This document shows positions 59,348 to 64,000 of a stretch of 64,000 bases of DNA, one piece after another (positions within the stretch are counted from its first letter, which is position 1; each line of letters opens with the position of its first letter). The DNA comes from Felis catus (lineage: Eukaryota): positions 30,194,001 through 30,258,000 of the forward strand of contig NC_058368.1 of NCBI RefSeq assembly GCF_018350175.1, given 5' to 3'. A program made the translations under genes and the position numbers. Under the pieces are notes generated by a model. It made no database searches and was not told the DNA's origin. It was given only the letters and a program-made list of their open reading frames with translations.

Positions 59348-60099
59348 TGGACTTGCCCTGCTTTTTTATATTCAAATGTGTCACCAGTGGCTATAAGTCC
59401 GTAGTCTAAGTTTCTACCCTCAATCCAACTGAAAACAGAAATACTTAAGGGTGTCAGACTAATAACCTTTGTTAAAACTGACTCTCAAAAAAAAAAAAAA
59501 AGAAAAGAAAACCTGACTCTCAAAACTCTCAGTCCCTTATAGTAAGGTTGAGAGAGGAGAGGTGTGCAAAAATTGTCGGTCTGTCTCCAAATTTAATTAG
59601 CGTTTGTGTTTTAATGCGCCCTGAGGTTGGCACTTGCCAAGACATCCTGATTAAGGGAACAGACAGTCCTCTCGCTCTGCTCTTCCTTAGGAGCTGGAAC
59701 AGGCAGTTTCTCTTTGAGGCTGATACAAAGCGACAGGCTGAGCTGAGTCATGGTTTTCCAAACTCTCCAGGTGATCGGGACTGGGTGATATACTGGACTT
59801 CAAAGGGCTTCTCTTCATGAGAAGTAGGTGCAGGGAGTTAAGAGTTACCCAGAATAGGAAGAGACCCAGGTGATGCCTCTCTCAGATCACCTGGAGGCAA
59901 GGTAGGAAGCAGATGTGTAACACTGAGGCTAGTCGGGAGACGGGGAGGAACGAACCATAAGCTCTGGGCATTTTGTGTTCCTCTGTTACTTTTCAGGACT
60001 TTTAGTCAGAGACTGTCATACTAGATTCCTACTCTTCTGGTACAAGGAAACTGCTTTCCACCCTCTCTAGGGTGGTTTTTTGCAACAAACATTGTGTCT

Positions 60100-60310
60100 G
60101 ATTTGAGGAGAACTAGGTTTGAAGGAGACTCCCCCCACTTCCTGGCTGTACATCATGGCCAGTTCTATCCTTTCTACCTCTCTTTTCTCATCTGTAAAAT
60201 GGGAATAAAAATACCCATCTTCATCGGTTATTATCAGAATTAATGCCGTACTGGCCACGACAGCGTCTCGTGCACAGTCTTCCGCATGATGGGTCCTCGG
60301 GAAGCATGCT
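60100..60310 (+). mobile_element. MIR
   Basis: 'ttttctcatctgtaaaatgggaataaaa'. Confidence 0.75.
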
Positions 60311-61734
60311 TTCTCTCGTCTGGCCTGTTGCCTTTTACCCCAGAATTTCATGTTCTAAGGATTCTCGTGACTCAAAGACTTTTGAGCAGCCACTCTGACA
60401 CAGAATTCTGCATTGTCTCCACAAGTCTCAGGCAGCCTGCACGCCCAACTTCTGCTTAATTGCTTCCTCCCGCTGTTGCTCTTGGTAAGCTCTGTGTAAC
60501 TGAGTTTGAAGTTAACCCTGTTTGCCCCTAGTTCCCCCTCAAGGGAACTGGGTTGCGGTGGGGGTGGGGGTGGGAGCGGTTTCTGAAGAAGTGTGCAATT
60601 TGGGAAAATTAAGTTTCAGGCCAGCCATGTGGCTCTGACAGCTTATACTGCTCAGTACTTAGCAATAATGGAGAAAATGCCAGTAAAAATGACAAAACGG
60701 CAGAGCCCTGACCCACCAGGTAATTGTATATTGAATATGTCTTGGCTCAAACCAGGGATGATTTTGCGTAAATGAACTAAGGGCAAAACTGCGTGTTGTA
60801 AGTCATATAAAACAAGACCAGTGCAGTGGGTAATTAGGGATGCAAACTAGCAGCTCAGGATGTTTGAAAACCGAAAGTGCATATCACTGGCCTTAAAGGG
60901 GTGAGGCGGGGGTGGGGGACGGACCATTTCTATCTAATGAGTAGATTTCAGGCATATACATGGATAAGAAAACAGGCAGTCATTCAAACCTAGCTCCGTT
61001 TTTTTTTTTCTTTTTATATTAGAAGAGAAAAGATGATAGATGCCGGTTGTCTGGAGCCCACAACTGCTCTTATCATCCTGCAGATGCACAGAGAGGGGCG
61101 AAGAAGGTAAAGAGTTTGAAGGAGATAAGTATAAAACCACAGAGTGAATTTGTGCGGGAGTGAGGATTAGAGCCGTTAAGTGCTTTAGTCACTTGATCCT
61201 GCTAATCTTTGTTCTCTAATGTGAAGAATTCATGGGCTTCGGGAAGAGACTTCTGTCGGTTCTTATATGAAATCAGGACTGGCTGTCATTGTGTAATCCC
61301 CACATATTGGTGCCCTATCTCTTCAGTAATCAGAAATAGGCAGCTGGAGAAGGCAGGCAGAGAGATTAGCTCTCCGCGTCCCAGCACATTGTGTTCCTGT
61401 GTTGCAGCATCTTTAATTACCAAAAAGTAATTCACGGAACAGTGCCCTAGTGGCTTGAAAGAGTTAATGCATTTTCCAGAAGTGTCTAACCTTCTCCCGG
61501 GGAGTAGCTTACATACAGAGAAAATCTGGCTCAATAAATACTAAACAACAAGAATCAACTGATAAGGGTCAAACTCCACAAAACGAAATTGAACCAATGG
61601 CCCATTTAATCCAGTACCTTCTCAATAAATCCCCTTTCACCATAAAGCACCATTTGCCTGGTAATTTCCATGAATTGATGGCCATTCTTCCTTAATCCTT
61701 TGAGGTTAGATCAATATCCATTTATTCCCTTCAC

Positions 61735-61833
61735 TCATTTCATCCACCGTCTGCCATCCGTCCGTCCACGTATCCACCCATCCATCCATCTATCTCTCCA
61801 TCCATCCATCCATTCATCCATTTATCCATCCAT
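61735..61833. repeat. (CCAT)n imperfect tetranucleotide repeat (L2-tail derived)
   Basis: Directly visible; followed by L2-like 'ttatcgagcacctac'. Confidence 0.9.
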
Positions 61834-61969
61834 CTTATCGAGCACCTACTGCGGAAGGTTCTGTGATAAATAAGACACAATCATTCTCTGTAAAGAACTC
61901 AGTGGAAGAGGGAGATGGGTTGAGGTGGAAATACATAACCCACTTTAGGAGAGGCCTATAGTCAATGGG

Positions 61970-62255
61970 CATCATCTCTTCCAGAAGCTCTCATGGATTA
62001 ACATTCTCCCACAGGCTAGGTAAGCTACTCCCTTTATGTCCTCCCACATGACTCTCCGTTTCTCTGGATTCTATCACTGATCACGTTGTGCTGTAATTGT
62101 CTTTTTATTGTCTGTTTTCCCCCACTATGCTGCGAACTCCTTGAGGGCAAGGATGCTATTTCATTCATCATTTTATCATTTTTTTCCCCCCAGTGTCTAC
62201 TCACTGGTTCTGAGAAGGCCTCAATAAATGTCCGTTGATGGATGAATGGATGAGG
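61970..62255 (+). mobile_element. L2 3' end
   Basis: 'tgtctgttttcccccactatgctgcgaactccttgagggcaagga...ctcaataaatgtccgttgatggatgaatgga'. Confidence 0.85.
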
Positions 62256-62519
62256 ATAACATGATTTTGGCTGTTAACCGAGCTACACTAGGCATGGTTT
62301 TGAGCTACACACATTACCACATATTGCCTGGCTATTTTTAAGAGGTAATAGCCGGGAACAGCCACAGATTCCCAAGCTGTCCTATTTATGGCTTAGGCAA
62401 AATTTAAAATTTATCACACAACTGCTTTCAGAGTGAGAAATACAAATCCACATGGATATACATAGACACGTACACAGATGTGCTATATGTCTAGTGGCAC
62501 CCTAGGTTGTTTCCTTTAC

Positions 62520-62830
62520 CTTACAAACTATATTCGATCAATCTTGACATCCTGTTTAATACACCACCTTCATATCTTCAAAATCCAGTTCTCCGTCCTC
62601 ACCACCACTCACCATAACACAGGCTACCATCGTTTCTCACTTAGTTTATAGAAATTGTGCCGGTCTTGCTCCTTCCTTCCCCAAATCTGTTCTCCGTACT
62701 GAAGCTACAATGTCTTTCTAAAGTGCATGTGATTGTGTCTTCGGCTTAAGACCTTTCAGTGGCTCACAGTTACGTACAGCATAAAGTGCTGATTCGTTAG
62801 CATGGGATGCAAAATCCTTCTTGTTCACTG
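62520..62830 (+). mobile_element. L2 body fragment
   Basis: 'caggctaccatcgtttctcactta...aatctgttctcc...ctttctaaagtgca...cttaagacctttcagtggctc'. Confidence 0.65.
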
Positions 62831-63412
62831 TCTGATACTTCTCTGTTGGTTTCTGTGTCCCGTGATTGCGCCGTACTCCGTCTTTCCTCCTGGCCTTTGT
62901 GCTGCTTGTTCTTTGGTGGGACTGTCGTGTTCCAGCCCCAGGCCCACGGCCTTCTCTCTGTATACTTAGCTAAGTTCTGTCAGCACAGGCATGTCGAAAT
63001 TCCTCTCCTGAGTGTCCACTCCCTCCTTCCCTCTCGCCAAACACACGCCTTCACGTGGCATCCTGTGTCCTTCTCATGCTGAGGTTTAGATGCTGCTCTC
63101 TCTTTTTCTCTCGTTTTTTTGGTGGCAAATGCTTACATTGCAATGCATTTTCTCTAATACTTAGCTTTTCTTAAGCCAAGAACACTTAACAACTAAGAGA
63201 AACAAATAACTGAAAGTAAGATAAAGGCTCAATGAAGGGTCAGTTCGGTTCCAATTTTTGGCCCTACTGGGTCTTTCATAACTGGACTCATTTCAAATTC
63301 TTGGTGAATGTTTATTGATGGGCACATTGGAAATAGAAGGGCTGAATATTTTAAACATCTTTGATGAGCTAAGTCACTCTTTCTGAAGACACTTTATTAA
63401 AATTTTGAAAAC

Positions 63413-63581
63413 TGGGATGACCAACTGCCCTGGTTTGCCTGGGACTGTCCTGATTTTTGTGCCTAAAGTCCCACTTCCCGGGGGAGCCCTCATTTCTGGC
63501 TTTAGCCCTGAAAGTCGCCCATGATGGGAAGCCCTTCAGCGCCAGGGCTAGCCAGGCACACTGGGACAGTTATTTACCCTA
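63413..63581 (+). mobile_element. MER81-like hAT-Blackjack MITE
   Basis: Terminal inverted repeats 'tgggatgaccaactgccctggtttgcctggg' and 'ccaggcacactgggacagttatttacccta'. Confidence 0.8.
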
Positions 63582-63879
63582 GAAGTCTCAGGCTTTGGAG
63601 GTCATCTCCCTAAGACTTCTCCCCTACTGAGTTACAGCATGCCCAGCGCCTCTGGGGGGGGGGGTGTAGCCCTATGGGAAACTTACAAAAGGCCACGTGA
63701 GCTGTGGCTCTATAAGATCGCCAGCTTTCTGTAAGATGAGCGGGTTGAGGGCTTAGCAATGCCCTCACGGTAGCCCTGTGAGGCAACGGCCGAAGCTAAA
63801 ATTCAAACCCGTGACAGAGTGAGGGTCTGTCTGCAGAGATCCTTCTGACATAGGTGGGGAATAGCGGGACTCCTCAGTT

Positions 63880-63995
63880 GGGAGTTGGGGGACCTCGAAT
63901 GGAGTTCGGGAATTCCCAAAGCTCGGTGGCCTCAGGCCAGCTGTTTGATCTCTCTGACCCTCAGTGTCTTCATCTGTAAAACAAGAGAGTGTCTT
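63880..63995 (+). mobile_element. MIR fragment
   Basis: 'ctctctgaccctcagtgtcttcatctgtaaaa'. Confidence 0.65.
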
Positions 63996-64000
63996 TCCTT

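Noticed and set aside
59740-59752. ARE/AP-1 motif GCTGAGTCAT and other isolated short TF motifs
   Set aside because: Single 7-10 bp motifs cannot be told from chance without functional data.
545-63082. Short ORFs (60-160 aa) in the ORF track as host genes
   Set aside because: No recognisable domains. Many overlap SINE/LTR/L2 sequence or use non-ATG starts, and their lengths fit chance expectation.
1-64000. A novel multi-gene system (operon, defence island, CRISPR array)
   Set aside because: The sequence is repeat-rich mammalian non-coding DNA. There are no long ORFs, no regularly spaced repeat-spacer array and no gene cluster.

Overview
Mammalian, non-bacterial genomic DNA from a feliform carnivore (cat-like lineage). 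The assignment rests on 18 tRNA-derived CanSINEs of SINEC_Fc type (GGGGCGCCTGGGTGGCTCAG...CTGTGCTGACAGCTCAGAGCCTGGAGCC...(CT)n-AATAAA-poly(A)). The window looks intronic or intergenic. I found no credible host protein-coding gene, RNA gene or CRISPR array; the only recognisable protein fragments are decayed LINE-1 ORF2 pieces. It also holds 5'-truncated L1s, old L2/MIR/L3 remnants, solo LTRs (LTR33, MLT1, MER21, MER34/39-like), DNA-transposon MITEs (MER5, MER58A, MER44, MER81, Charlie4-like), microsatellites and three assembly gaps. I see no evidence for a new multi-gene biological system. The most notable observations are: a SINE inserted in reverse inside another SINE, forming a near-palindrome; one L1-endonuclease site used twice; several other nested insertions; a 112-bp dispersed duplication; a 26-bp-period motif triplet; twin hairpins; candidate recursive-splice and cryptic exon sites; a strong CTCF motif; and repeat-poor blocks that may be conserved enhancers. 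Repeat family names come from recalled consensus sequences, not from a database search, and boundaries of old elements are approximate.
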